From NCBI RefSeq assembly GCF_018350175.1, contig NC_058368.1, positions 56,360,001 to 56,424,000 of the forward strand: a DNA stretch of 64,000 bases, written 5' to 3'. The position numbers and the translations under genes are program-made. The notes under the pieces are model-generated. The model saw only the letters and a program-made list of their open reading frames with translations, did not search any database and was not told the DNA's origin. How positions within the stretch are numbered: the first letter of the stretch is position 1; each line of letters opens with the position of its first letter. Origin of the DNA: Felis catus (lineage: Eukaryota). Below are positions 1-14,700 of this stretch, in pieces.

Positions 1-1722
1 TCATGTTTAATGTTTTTTTTATTGATAAGCAGTGGTTTCAAGCTATTCCACAGAACACAATGTAAGATACTATGTCCTACTTTTAGATATTTTTTCTTTT
101 TCCACCATCTACCGTGGTCATTCTGAAATTTCTATTCTACTTCTCTACAATAGCCCGTTACATCATTCAAGGTTCCAAGAGACATCCTGGTGGCAATTAA
201 TACCATCTCCTTGGTTTCTTGCCAGCATGTTAAATTATGTGTCCTAGAAATATGTTTACATATGAATAACTTCTTTGTTATCCAAATTTATGCCTTACTT
301 GATCCAGTGATTTGATCTAGTAATTTGGTCCCATAATTCTCTCCTAGCACACTCTAGGTATAATTTCCTTCTTCTTTCAGGAGGCATACCATTTTTGCTC
401 GTAGGACATTGTGTAACTAATCTATTTATGGGTCTGGGGAGAAGAAAAGAAGGTGAATGTCAATATTGAGTGGAGTCAATGTCATCTGGAGAGATCTTTG
501 AATAGTTTTGAATAAAGAGAACACTAAACTTTAGAAGGAAAGCATGAAACACTTCCAAGGGCCCAACAGATTCAGGGAAACCTGGAAATTCAGTATTTTT
601 GCGTATGACTCAAGAGTACCTGCTTGCTAAGTCTCTGTCTTACTGTTTCGAAATCACAGCTGTGATCTTGGAGTAGCAGCATTGTAAGGTTTGAAAATTT
701 GACATTATAAGTAGTTCTATTACCCTTATAATTAAACCCTGATACTAATCCTTATCTTTTACTATTCTTCAGTAACATGGAATTAGAAGCTTTTTACATG
801 CTCCCAAGAGACTATCTGGTATTCATATTTAGTCTTAAATTTCAGATGATGTCTCTGCAGAATCTTAAGGGAAAAAAAGGCAGACATAGCATTAGATAGA
901 ATAAGTAAAAGTGGAGGTACTTAGGACAACAGTAATATAATTTCACTCTCAGCAGTAATAAAAATGTGCAAACATAAGAAGTAGACGACCTACATTATAG
1001 ATATGTACACACATATGTATATGTGTATGTATAAGTGTGTGTGTGTGTGTGTGTGCATATACACACACATGTATAATATACATTCACATATACTGAATCA
1101 TGCTTTTCAATCAGAGGTTGCATATGAGAAGAAAATCTAATCTTTTAAAGTAGCACAGGGATCAAGTCACATTGATCCATGGAAAAAATATGTAATCCTA
1201 GTATATTGTGGGAGTTTACAGTGAAAATGTACACAAATATTTCAATAAATATTTGGTAATTATTTCTCAATGATTGGAATAAACTAAAAAGCTTGATGAT
1301 AATTGATGTTGTAATTAAGTTTTCTAAGCTAACGTTAAAATCTTGTCATTTTCATAATATAAAATTACAGTTAAGTTCAATTTGACCAAATTTAAGAGAG
1401 GGAACAAAGAAAGAAAACAATGGATAGAGGGAGATGTAGTTCATACATTTATTCTATGTAGTGGGAGTCCATGAAGCATAATTTAAAGTAGATGAAGTAA
1501 GAAATCTATATTTAATTACTTAAAGCTGAACAAAAGTAAATGAATGACTTAATATTGGAAGTATAGGTGAGGATTGTATCAATAAAAAAAATCCTCTTTT
1601 TGCTAGCAGGCGATTCATTAATTTTATAAAATAGTAAATAACAAATTAAAAATGAGCATTACAAATATGGTAGTTTCCTCTATTTAACTATATATCTTGA
1701 AGTATGATGTTTAAAAATTATT

Positions 1723-1925
1723 CTTTTTGAAGTTTACTTACTTTGAGAGAGAGAGAGAAGGGAGAGAGTGAGTGGGGAGGGGCAGAGAGAGAAAAAGAAT
1801 ACCAAGCAGGCTCTGCACTCATAGTGCAGAGCCCCACATGGGGCTTGATCTCACGAACCATGAGATCATGCTTGAGCCAACGTCAAGAGTCAGACACTTA
1901 ATCGACTGAGCCACCCAGGTGCCCC
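1723..1925 (-). mobile_element. Can-SINE (older carnivore/feliform subtype)
   Basis: Reverse complement of ggggcacctgggtggctcagtcg..., CT-rich tract and A-tail; TSD atgtttaaaaattatt (1707-1722) / atgtttagaaattatt (1927-1942). Confidence 0.95.
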
Positions 1926-2145
1926 AATGTTTAGAAATTATTGCTTCTAGAAATGAGACTAGAGTTGGCAATGCTATTTTTTTGGTAAGAAACTCACTGT
2001 ACTACATGATTTTTTACAATGTTTATAGAATATTTAAATACAAGGGAAAGGATTGTAATACCTATCAAAAATTATAAAAATTGCCACAAACTTTGATACA
2101 CAATTGAGAATTTGTCTTAAGAAAATCATTCAGCCTAATTAAAAA

Positions 2146-2148
<3 letters not shown>

Positions 2149-2182
<34 letters not shown>
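2149..2182. repeat. (AT)n microsatellite
   Basis: Direct reading. Confidence 0.95.
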
Positions 2183-2188
<6 letters not shown>

Positions 2189-4394
2189 TGATTGCTGAGT
2201 ATATATAGTATTAAAGTGAGGAAACGACCAATAATGAAGGGATAATATGTGTAAATATTAAAATAAACTATTAAAAAGACTGAAGGAATCTATGATTATA
2301 TAGCGTATTGAAGGAATACATAAATGTATATACTCCATTGTATTTATACATTTAGAAATAATAAAAAACAAAACACAGCTATTTAAGATAAGATGGTGGT
2401 TAATGGTGTTCTTATATTGTTCTGTTTTATATAGTTTTTTTGGCTTTCTTAAACTTGTAAGGAAGAAAGACCCTAAAGGGAAGAGACTATAATGACAGAT
2501 TCAGGTTGGGAAATATAATAAGGATGACAATCTAAAGGTCAAGTTGGGGAACCTGCTTAGAGCAAAGAATCAGAATTACTTAGAGGGAAAAGGTGGAAAG
2601 ACATGGCCCAAATATTGCAAGATTTGGTCGTAATGAGGGATAATCAAGCCATTATATATCCTCAAGTTTATGTCAGTTACCAGGTAAAGAAGGTAAAGAA
2701 GCAGAGTAACACCCTCAGAGACAAGAAACAGCTCTCTGTAAAAGCAGTGGCCCCACTAATATGCTATCCATTTTAGGTAGGACCACAAATTCCTGAGAGT
2801 AACAGTAACTTTCACTCCACCAGAAAAACCAGGTGCCCCGGTGGCTGGGGGAGCGAGGGGAGCAGCTTTGGGGGCTAGGTGAAGTGCATGTTGACCTAAC
2901 CTGCATCAATAGCTAAGGAAGCTCATGAATGAATTGCGATCCTGTAGTAATGTACTTTCTGATATGCTGATATAGCTATGGCTTGTGCTATACCCATTAT
3001 TTTGTTACTTTTGCACTGGATATATAGGCAAATAGTTTTAAAAAGTAGAAGAAAAATAATAAAAACAAAACCCATAGTTGCATACACACATCCAGCAGGG
3101 ATAAGAAATTTCAGATCATTATAGAAGAGGGACATAGTAGTGGTAGAATACAGTAAACCAAATTACCCACTTCCCTCCTCTAAATCTGAAATAAAGGGAA
3201 GAATTTGATCTTTCTCACACAGAAAGCAGAATAGGACAGTTATTTGCATATTCCCTGGTGAAATCAGCCTTTTTCTCCACCAATGCCCTGTTGCAGAAAG
3301 ACCCCTTTTCCCCACACACATAGCACTTCAACATTTTTCTTTTCCTGTCATTTTGTATAATTGTGGATGTCTATAATGAGGTAAGGACCGACCCAGCGTG
3401 CTTGGTATTAAAATTATTTCTGAAATTTACTTTTATTTGGTTAAACTTAGCTCTTTTTAACACCCAGGGACCTGATCAAACTGAAACAATTTGCCTTATT
3501 TTGAAGAAAGGGAGAAAAATGATCAGAATTAGCTGAAAATAAGGTTGTGTTTTTATTAAGCCGAAAGGTGATAATTAGAACATCAGTAGACAACACATTA
3601 ACACAGAAATACAAATAACCTTGAGTGTGAGTATAAAAGCATAATATTTCCATCTCTAGTAATGTCTGCATTTCAGAGATAGCAATAGTCAGGCTTTAAA
3701 ATTCTCAAATGCCTCACTCCACCTCTGGGGACTGTCAACTGGTTGGTGATAAAGGTGGCTTGATTCAAGCAGGGTTGTGGTACTATTTTTGTAAAATGAA
3801 TTAACTCTTTATACTCAAAACATACAAGACTTATTTTATTTGCTCTTTATAAGAAACTAAAATTCATAATCGATAGTGCACATTTTCAAGGAAAGAAAAT
3901 TTTATGGTTCATAATGAATATTGCTATCAATTTAAAGCCTGGACATCTCTTTCTCTAAATATTACCTTTATTAAGTTTCACCTACACACTACTCCAGGCA
4001 TTTTCACAGATCCTGGCTGTCTATCTGTTTTGGCTTATCTTCTATCTGCTGCATAGATGATAGATCTGCTGGACATACGATAGATGCAAAACACCCAACC
4101 ATCGCACTTCTACCAATTACCAACTTATTAACATTTTCAGTTTTCTCCAACAATGAGGAGCCTTTCCCTAAATAAGTCTGTTATCATACCATTCTCTTTC
4201 AGATACAAGTTCTGCTTTTCCTTCCACTTTCTCATGCCAAAATGTAATTTAAAAGAGAGAGCTCTCATAATTCTGTGTCTTTACAATGCTTGCTAAGTCA
4301 ACTCTTAAACAATCTAAAACCAGACAGAATTTTAAAAACCATTTTACTCTGTACAATATGAACGAAGTGAAATATGGACTTCAAGAATTAAACA

Positions 4395-4572
4395 GGGGTG
4401 CCTGGGTGGCTCAGTCGGTTAAGCGTCTGACTTGGGCTCAGGTCACAATCTCACAGTTCTTGAGTTCCAGGAGCCTACTTCAAATTCTGTGTCTCCCTCT
4501 CTCTCTGCCCCTCCCCTGCTCATGCTGTCTCTCTCTCAAAAATAAATAAACAATAAAACATATTTTTAAAAA
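4395..4572 (+). mobile_element. Can-SINE (feliform type) with internal deletion
   Basis: ggggtgcctgggtggctcagtcggttaagcgtctgac... head. The central gagccc...cagagcctg segment is missing. CT tract and aaaataaataaac tail. Confidence 0.93.
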
Positions 4573-5818
4573 TGAGCTAAATTTATTTACAAAAACCCCC
4601 AAGAATCCTGAAAATGATTATTTCAAGGCACTTGAGATAGGGACTCATGATTATCATTTATAAGGTCAAGAAGTAAAAACACAGCATGACAAAAGACCAC
4701 CTGCAGAGCAGGAATCTTTAAGTTGTGATCAACCATCTTTCTATTTCGAAATATACAGTAGGTCGTTTACCACAAATTGCCTAAAACAGGTTACTGGGCC
4801 ACATGCAGCCAGAATTTAAAAGAAGAAATCCTGTCAAAATAATCCCTTTTCCTTAAGACACAGTGACAGATTTAAATGATCGAAGAAATCACAGGACACA
4901 TAATCTATCTTAAGTTTAGAAAGGCTCCTGATTCTGCCCTGCAAACCATAACATTAAGCACCGTGGAAATATATGACCTTGACTACAGAATTATTGAGGG
5001 GCTGAACAACTAGTTCTTCGTTTTTAGTGGATTATGTCAACTGAGTAAGGGGAATAAAAGATGCCTTTAGTGATTGCTTCTTGACTCAGTGATATTTATT
5101 ACTGCCATCCATCACCTAGATTGATACTTTCTTTCAGAAAAAAATGTCCTTATTGCTTGCTTGGGACCCTGGGGACAGGCAATTGCCCAATCTGCCATTT
5201 GCCATTTCATCTTTGTCCCCCATATCTCATTCAAACCACATACATATAATTCTCTTTCCTTTGATGACTACTCTCATTTCCATTATTTACCCTCTTTTAA
5301 ATTTTAAGTAAAGAACACAAGGAAATGTTATTCATTAACTTCTTTGATGTGCTACAATGTCACATTGTACAGTTCGCAAATGATGAAGGAGATAATGCAA
5401 TTGATTTTCAAATATCTCTGTTCTTAAGACATATAAATTATATTTATAATTCTGCTTTGGAAGACGCCTCCTCAGGAGTTACTGATTCATTGAGTGTGAG
5501 TTGGATCCTGGGATTTCATATTTCCTACTAGTGCCCTACAACTGGGTATGTTTAGTTAACACCAAGTTAAATAATACAGTATAACATAACATGCCCTTCA
5601 GATTTTCAAATCAGAATTCAAAGATAGGATACAAGATTAGCAGTTAATGCTTTACTGATTGCTTTCACTGAAGTAGTTGAAATTCTTTTTATAATTGATT
5701 TATAGTCTGCATTCGGGGTGTTATTAGTAAGGCAGAACTTTAAGGAATGTTTACAAATGAGCACTATATCATCAAAAGTTACATATTTTTAAAATTCTTT
5801 TTTTTTATGATTGATGGA

Positions 5819-6460
<642 letters not shown>

Positions 6461-8464
6461 TTAGTTACATTCTGATATAAAATGAGAGCTCCAGTCTTAG
6501 ATTTATCTATTACAGAGTTCTTTAATAAATGACTTAAAGGCTATTTCAAGGTTACTAATAAAGTATACACAGAGAAAGACTCAGTTCTGGGTAAAATATT
6601 TCTGCTTAGTATTTTTGTCTTTAGGGAGTTCTCAAAAACTTGTTAAACAATCCATTTATGTAAGCTCTTAATAGTTCTTACCGAGTTTCAGAAATAGAGG
6701 AGAAATAGATAATAGATTGTCTATATATACTAGATATGGAAAGTTAGTGGAAAACAAAACCTTGGATTGACCTCACGCTGGGAGATTTTGTCCAAGTTCC
6801 CCCTATAGCAAGAGTGCAAGAGACTAATTAGTGGGGAAGATTATAATCTGTGCTCATCTTAAAGTTACACTAAACTGGAATCATTCTGTATTTTAGAGGA
6901 CTGTTCCTCCTTCATACTGTCTTCCATCCTTTACTTCCTATACTACCTTTTTCTGGCAAGGATTGAAAGTGAGAAATATGTCTCTAACTTCCTCAGAATG
7001 TCCAATGGCTACATGCCGCTGACACAATAAAATTTAAACTATTTTTCATTGAATGATCATGGCATGGCCTCTGCCTAATATGTGAAAGCTTCTCATCTCT
7101 TTCCTAACTCAAATGTTACGTTTCAGTAATACTAAACTACTTATAATTCCCAGACATGCCAGAGTTTCATAAACTTATGCCTATATAAATACTGTCTAGG
7201 ATCCTTTTTCAGTATTTGTCCTCAGGCATATATTTGGTCATCATTAAAGTGTCATGTCTATTTTAATTTCTAAATCTTCTATCATGCACATCTCATACAT
7301 ACATATTACCAACTATATTAAATTTAACTTTACATATAATATTATCAACATTTACTTGTATTCATTCTTAGATAATCTATGAATGCATCATGATTCTTCA
7401 TTAAAAACAATGTTATAATTGGTAATTAAGGTCTTGGACTCATCTTAGAATGCTACAGCGGAACATGATCTTAGATTCATTTTAACATAGTTTCTTTCCA
7501 TTACACACAGAGAGTATAAATACATTGCCTCCGGTCACTTTGGGAATAAACCTCAGAGCTAAACTCTTTGAGGAGTTTGCGTGTCTTGAGTTAGTTTTCC
7601 TCTAAGATCTTTACAGGTTCTAAAATGTTAGGAAAACAGAATGATTAAGTCTTAATGCAAAATCATCTATGAGAAAACTCAGCTTAACCTTCTGACCAAA
7701 AACAGGCAAAAGTTGAAACATTCTGCTCTCATTCATGTTTTATCTGATTTTAATGAAAAGCTATTAAATGTTTTAGAAAACTGTTCTAATGTAAGGGTTG
7801 TTTGTATCTTTAAAAAAAATCCATGGTTGTCCCAGTTGTCAAAAAATCCCAAACAAACAAACAAACAAATTTAAAAAAAACCTCAAATTCAACGGAGAAT
7901 ATAAGTCAGTGAACAACGGAGCTAGAATCTAATGTCACAATTGTATGCATTGTATAATTACCAGCTTGGGCAACATACTTGTAAAAAAATTGTACAAAAA
8001 GCAAAGTCTAAGTTCATGTGACTCAGGGTCTATTGATTATTTCATATCCTGCAGGAATGAGAATAACAAGTCTCTAGAGTTCAAGATGTCAAACAAGAAA
8101 CCTTTACCCCAAGCTGAGTATTTCTGCATATACAGTATGAACATATTTGAAATCCCTTTAAACATAATTTGTTAATAAAATCTGTGATGGATTTCATCCT
8201 TGTTAGATCTCATTAAACAATAGAATCTGACTCTGATCATCAGGTTTGTGTTAAGATACTATGTTCATTCTATATTAACTTTTATTAAATCTGTTTCTGT
8301 GGATGTGATACTGGCATAACCTCTGAGATCTCTGTACCCTCATCTTTGGTAGATAATATACATTTATACTTCTGGGGTTATTTCTTGTAAAGAGCTGTGA
8401 AAGATCTAATATTTTACCTTATTTCATTATTTAGTTACCTCATGATCTAAAAAGCTTCTTTCTT

Positions 8465-8703
8465 TTAATTTTTAAAAATATGTTTATTATTTATCTGAAA
8501 GACAGACACAGAGAGAGAGAGAGAAGAAGAGAGAGAGAGAAGCAGGGTAGGGGCAGAGACAGAGGGAGACACGGAATCGGAAGCAGGCTCCAGGCTATGA
8601 GCTGTTTGCATAGAACCTAACGTGGGGCTCAAACCCATAAACTGTGAGATCATGACCTGAGCCAAAGTCAGATACTCAATCAACTGAGTCACTCCAGCAC
8701 CCC
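8465..8703 (-). mobile_element. Can-SINE (feliform type)
   Basis: gaagcaggctccaggctatgagctg...gagatcatgacctgagccaaagtcaga core; GA tract; T-rich tail. Confidence 0.95.
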
Positions 8704-8799
8704 TAAGGAGATTCTGAAGACCCTTAATATTAATAATATTATTATCCAAAACATGGGAGAAATTCCCTAGAAGTATCTTATTTTATAGGTGCTAGTGGA

Positions 8800-9122
8800 A
8801 TACAAGAGATTCCCTGGTCAGAGGTAGGATGTTCGTACTTAGAGCACAGCTGCCCCAGGGTTATGTTGGTTTTCCTGCCCCCACCCCCAAGTTCCATGGA
8901 ATAATACAAAGCGGCACTAATGGATGCTGCCCATGCAGAGAGTTTGCATCACAGGTAAGGAAACCCTAGATGTAGGGAACCTAAATCAGCTTTATTCCAG
9001 ATGGAGATGCTATATTCATTAGACTGGACAGTAAAGAAATCAGTACTCTACCCCGGAGGGAGTCAACAACACTACTTTTTGAAGTTGTTTACTATACAGA
9101 ACTCCTGGAAAAGACAGTCCAG
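8800..9122 (-). mobile_element. ERV1-class solo LTR (MER31/MER89/MER90-like), 3' part; split by an L1
   Basis: Minus strand reads ctggactgtcttttccaggagttctgtatagtaaacaac...gactccctccgggg, resembling this LTR group and the copy at 41.36-41.77 kb. It continues at 12066-12137. Confidence 0.6.
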
Positions 9123-9744
9123 CACTAATAACCTTCCAAAACAGAAAGTGCTAGGCCCAGATGGCTTCACTGGAAATTATGTCACTTAAGGAACGTGTTA
9201 CAGCAATTCTCTACAACCTCATCCAGAGGATGGAAGCAGAGAGAATAGTTTCTAACACAACCTACAAGACCAGAATTACCCTAATATCATAATTACCCTA
9301 ATTACAAGAGCAGAAAACTACACACTAGTATCTCTCATGAACATAGAAGCAAAAATCCTCGACAAAATATTAGCAAATAGAATCCAGCAATGTGTAAAAA
9401 GAATTCTATACCACAACCAGTGGAATTTATCTTAGGTATGAATGGCTGGTTCAAGATTTGAAAATCAATTAAGATATTCCATCACCTAAACAGCCTAAAA
9501 AAATAAAGATCCACATAATTATATCAGTAGATGCAGAAAAAGCATTAGACAATATGCAACACCCATTTATGATAAAAACTCTCAGTAAACTAGGGTTAAA
9601 GGGGAACTTCCTCAGCTTGACAGTGAATATCATCAAAAAGCCTACAGCTAACATCATACTTTGAATTTATATGTTGATAAATTCAAAACCTTTCCACCAA
9701 TATCAGGTATAAAACAAAAAAAGTCCCCTCTCATCATTCCTTTT

Positions 9745-9957
9745 ATATATTTTTTAAATATTTTATTTTATTTTTGAGAGAAAGAGACAGAGCATGAGTG
9801 GGGGAGAGGCAGAGAGAGGGAGACAAATAATGTGAAGCAGGCTCCAGATTGTGAGTTGTCAGCACAGAGTCTGACATGGGGCTTGAACCCACAAGCTGTG
9901 AGATCCTGACCTGAGCAGAAGTTGAATGCTTAACCGACTGAACCACACAGGCACCCC
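9745..9957 (-). mobile_element. Can-SINE nested in L1
   Basis: Feliform core; TSD tcatcattcctttt (9731-9744) / tcatcattcttttt (9958-9971). Confidence 0.95.
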
Positions 9958-10997
9958 TCATCATTCTTTTTCAACAGTGTAGTAGAGGTTTTAGTTACTG
10001 GAACAAGACAAGAAAATGAAGTACAAGGCATACATATATGGGAGGAACGCATAGAACTGTCTTTGATCACACATGACATGATTATGCAGAAAACCCAAAA
10101 GTCCTGGAACTAACAAACAATTATAACAAAGTTAAAGGATACAAGATTAATATATATAAGCCAACCACTTTTCTATATACCAGTAATTAACAAGTAGAAT
10201 TTGAAATTAAAAGAACAATTCCATTATATTAACATCACAAAATTATACACTAAGGTATAAATCTAACAAAGTATGTACAAGATCTATTATTAACAGAACC
10301 ACAGAATTCTAATGAATAAAATAAAAATGCTAAATAAGTAGAGAGATATTCCATGTCATGGATAGGAACACTCAACATTGTCAAGGTGGCAGGTCTCCCC
10401 AACTTGTTCTATACATTCAGTGCAACCCTAATCAAATCCCAGCAAGGTATTTTGGGATAGCAGCAAAATCAAACTTTAAATGAAGAGGGGAAGATCCAAA
10501 ATAGGCATCACAATACTGAAGGAGAAGAGCAAAATTGGAGGACTGATGCCACCCAACTTGAAAACTTACCATAGACTATAGTAATCAAGAAGGTGTGGTA
10601 TTAGCAAAAGAACAGATTAATAACAGATCAATGAAACACAATGGAGAACCCAGAAGTAGACTCACTAAATACATTCTCTTCAAGAATGGTGCTGGAACAA
10701 CTACATACAAAAACATATAGAGATGTATCTAGGTACAAAACTTATACCCATCACAAAAATTATCAAAGTGAACTACAGACCTAAATGTAAAATGCAAATC
10801 TATAAAAGTCCTAAAAGATAACACAGGTGAAAACCTGGATGACCTTGACTATCGTGCTTACATTTTTGACACATCAAAAGCATGATTCACGAAAGAAATC
10901 ATTGATAAGGTAGACTCCATTAAAATTAAAAATTTCTGTAACAGATGATACCAAGAGAATGAGAAGACAAGCCACAGACTGGGAAAACACATATTTT

Positions 10998-11012
10998 TAA
11001 ATCTCAGTGGGG

Positions 11013-11057
<45 letters not shown>

Positions 11058-11220
11058 ATGTTTATTTTATTTTGAGACAGGGAGAGAGCAAGTGGAGGGG
11101 GCACAGAGAGAGGGGGAGAGGGAGAGAGAATGTGAGGCTCAATCCGATGGACCATGAGATCATGACCTGAGCTGAAATCAAGAGTCCAATGATTAACCAA
11201 CTGAGCCTCCTAGGAGCCCC
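10998..11220 (-). mobile_element. Can-SINE (internally deleted) nested in L1, with (CA)n in its tail
   Basis: Head ends at 11220; degenerate TSD tgggaaaacacatatttt / tgggaaaaaatgtttt; (GT)n at ~11017-11053. Confidence 0.88.
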
Positions 11221-12065
11221 TGGGAAAAAATGTTTTAAAGGACCCATTGGATTGGCCGTTACCCAAAACACTAACAAAAGAAAACTTCACAATAAGAAAA
11301 ACACAAACAAACAAACAAACAAATCCTGTTAATAGGACAAGGACCTTCACAGGTAGCTCATGAAAGAATATATGAGATGGCAAGTAAGCATGTGAAAAGA
11401 TACTCAGCATGATAGTGTCATCAAAGAAATGCAAATGCTATCACTGATGAAATACCACATACATACTGAAATGGACAAAATCCAGAACACTGACCACAGT
11501 AAATGTTGACAAGGATGTGGAATAGCAGGAACTTTCATTCATTACTGTTGTGAAAACAACATGGTACAGCCACTCTGGAAGATAGTTTGTCAATTTCTTA
11601 CGAAACCAAACATTCTCTTACTATAGGATCCAGTGGTCCAGCAATGATGCTCCTTGTTACCTCCCAAAGGACTTGAAAATGTATATCCAACAAACCCCGT
11701 GCATGGATATATATGTAGCAGTTGTATTCATAATTGCCAAAATGAAAAAGCAACCATGGTGTCCTTTTGTATGCAAATGGGTAAATATACTGTGGTACAT
11801 CCAGACAATGGGATGTTAATCAGTACTAAAATGAAATTAGCTCTCAAGCCATGAAAAGACATGGAGAAACCTTAAATGTACATTAGTAAGTGAAAGAGGC
11901 CAATCTGAAAAGGCTCCATATTGTATGATTCCAGTGAAGGGTGTTGATGCTGGGAGAGGCTGTGCATATGTGGGGGGTAGGGAATATGTGGGAAATCTCT
12001 GTATCTTCTTCTCAATTCAGTTGTGAACCTAAAACTATTCTTAAAAATATAGTATTAATGATAAT

Positions 12066-12137
12066 AAAAGATAATTCTGAAGAAAAGTGGATTCAAGATG
12101 TGCAGAAACATAAGAGACCTATGGAGAATGTTCTCAG
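12066..12137 (-). mobile_element. 5' part of the ERV1-class LTR split by the L1
   Basis: Minus strand ctgagaacattctccataggtctcttatgtttctgcacatcttg resembles the 5' start of MER31/MER89-type LTRs. Confidence 0.55.
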
Positions 12138-12272
12138 GAGCTTTCTATAATCATAAGCTTCTTTAGGGCCTCTTTAGACCATCAAGTAATAACTAAACAA
12201 AACCTCGCAAACACTGACTTCTCATAACGTCTGATTTGGCTGTAATCACACTGTATACAGTGGTAGCTGAAT

Positions 12273-12731
12273 TGTTACAGGTTCAGTTTCCCTAGAAGCA
12301 GAGACTAAAAGGATTATTAAGAAAATGATAAAGCAATGGAAGTGTGTCAGTAAAACAGACAGGGTGTGAGGGATGCAGCATTAAGTAGGAAAAAAACCTA
12401 GATAAAGATTTGATTTCCGCTGATCACTAGCTTCAGTCTGTCTCAACAGAGAACATGAATGGAAACCTGAAGTTGTCAGCCCTTGAAGGAGGGTGGCTAG
12501 CTTTCTGTACTCACATATCTGCCAGTCTTTGGTTCTATGCATGCTCAGGGGGGAGCAAAAAACGGAGATATTTCTGCTTGGTTTAGGTGACTCAGTGTAG
12601 CCAAAACCATTTATCGGGATAAGAGTACAGGGTTAAGCTACTGTCTGTCAGTCAACTCTCACAACTGCTGAGAGATGGGCAGTGCAGCCTAGTAAAAAAG
12701 ATATGGGCAGAACACCAACCCTGTTTACTAC
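12273..12731 (-). mobile_element. ERVL-class solo LTR (LTR16-like)
   Basis: Minus strand begins tgtagtaaacagggttggtgttctgcccatatc and ends ...ctgcttctagggaaactgaacctgtaaca, the TG...CA pattern recalled for the LTR16 family. Confidence 0.65.
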
Positions 12732-14583
12732 AAATAATGTAATGGCTTTAAGTAACAAAACTAGGCTCCAAATAGTATAATCATAAATTGCCTTAGAAAT
12801 TTATTGCATAAGTAGTCTTAGCAAAGATAGCACGTGCCCAATTCACCCATAAACACACACATGTACACCTGTGTACACAGATACACAAACATGCGTATAG
12901 AGTTCTATAACAGATACGGAATGTGAAACAAACGTATATATTTAATTGATATACATTTGCTTTTATATTTTATAATTGGTGAAGCATTTGAAATTAGCAG
13001 GGTGATTGATTTACCTTCGTAATTTGCCTAGGGATTCTAGAGCTAATGCCTGTTTGGTTTCCTGCCCCCCGGGAATTTCTGGCAATGAAAACAATTTTAG
13101 ATACATTAGCACTGCACTCAAGGTTGTGATAATTATTATTCAAAACAATCTTGTAACATATAAATATTTAAATTTCACACTAAGTATTTTAGCTTTGTGG
13201 CTTTTAGCGGTCTCCTTAAATTGGTGCTCATACATTCTTCTTTGGTTTTTCTTCAATATCAGAAACAAAACAGCTAATAATAGTAATCATAAAAGAACTC
13301 TGTTTTTTGAGCTTTCTTTAGGAGTCCGGCATCCTAGCAGGTGTTGGTGAGTCCTTAGAAAGGAAATAGAAATAGGAATTAAGGAATAGTAACTGATTCC
13401 CTATTTAAAATAAAACAATGTTGTTTCAGTAAAAGGTATTTCCCTTTTTAAAAAACTTAGCAATGCTTGATCAAAATTATAGTATTCTTTTATATTTTCT
13501 TATACTGGGAAACCTATTGATACATAAATTTAAAACTTCAGTACACATCTGCTTTCATTATGTTGGTCACGGGGCATTCCTTTGGTGATGTGCAGGATGC
13601 TGAAGGTCACAAGATACAAAGCATCCCATGGTCAAAAATTTAATGGTTTCCCAGCAGACAAATTCCTTAGACAGTGGTAAAGGTCATTGGAAATGCTCTT
13701 CACTTTTGCTGAAGTTGTCAGACTTCCTTTTCACCAAATGATAACTATATTTCATTGTGTGGAGGATTTTAATTTGGGATGCAGATTTGAATTACTAAAT
13801 GAGAAAACTTTAAGTGTTGTGACCTAAATGAGATATGTTTGAGGATTTCATCACTGACCACTTTTTGGGCCACCAGATTCTTACATATTTCCCCATGCTG
13901 CTCTGGCTTGTCTTCATTAGGTCCAGTGACAGACATTGAATGTTGTTATCTTCTTAGAACAAATAATACTTTACTCTTTACAACTATGATTTCATGTGAT
14001 CCTCCTAAAAATCCCTTGAGAAGGTTCTCTTCACCATGCAAAACAAAGACATTCTGAACATTCTATTCTAGATAGAAGAATTGCTATTGTAATCCTATGG
14101 TTAATAGAAGAGGAGGGGACAATGGGCTATATGTAAATGTACCTTTCAAGCTAGGGAAGTAAGAGTAAGTCACCACTTTGAAAGCAACTGTATAATATTA
14201 CTACAGAAATCTAAAAACAATTCAAAAGTAAGGTAAAGATATAAGAATAAACATAGGTTCTCTTCTAAGTATTACAAACTATAACACATGGTAAACTATA
14301 AAACAAGAGGGATAATCTTGATGAAGTAAACCATTGCTCTACTGGCATTCCAAAGTTCATTGCCAAACAACAATTTATCTATAGAATTACACACACACAT
14401 GAACATTAATATTTATAATAATGACCTAGAGGTATTGAAAAATGTTCACGTGCCACCTAAACCATCAATCAAATATAATAGAATGGTTAAGTATTTTTAG
14501 TATTGGGCCTTTATGGCATTTTATTTTGATGAAAACTGGTGATTCGTGAAGCTGCAATATGTATAACAGAAGATATATTTGAC

Positions 14584-14700
14584 GGGAAGTCAAAACATCT
14601 GGCTTCTATCTGTAAATTTCTCATGACCTTTCTGGATGTCATGTTTTTCATCTGTTAGGTGAAGAGGTTGGATCGCATTATCTGTAAGTTCTGTTTTGGA
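14584..14700 (+). mobile_element. MIR-family SINE fragment
   Basis: tttttcatctgttaggtgaagaggttggat...atctgtaagttct resembles the MIR3/MIRc core. Confidence 0.5.

Larger units (their letters stand above)
9123..12065 (+). mobile_element. 5'-truncated old L1 (L1MC1-like): degenerate ORF2 plus 3'UTR, with two nested SINEs
   Basis: ORF2 motifs ggcccagatggcttcactgg (GPDGFTG), gcaaaaatcctcgacaaaatattagcaaatagaatccagcaa, atcagtagatgcagaaaaagcatt. 3' end ...gggaaatctctgtatcttcttctcaattcagttgtgaacctaaaactattcttaaaaa. Confidence 0.9.

Noticed and set aside
4395..4470. tRNA-like A/B box sequences
   Set aside because: They are the tRNA-derived heads of SINEs, not tRNA genes.
4286..4549. Recurrent ORFs with 'WVAQSVKRLT.AQVMIS' motifs across the window, resembling a gene family
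   Set aside because: Translations of Can-SINE consensus sequence.
13006..13350. 114-aa ORF with hydrophobic stretch
   Set aside because: Non-ATG start, AT-rich composition, no recognisable homology or splice context.
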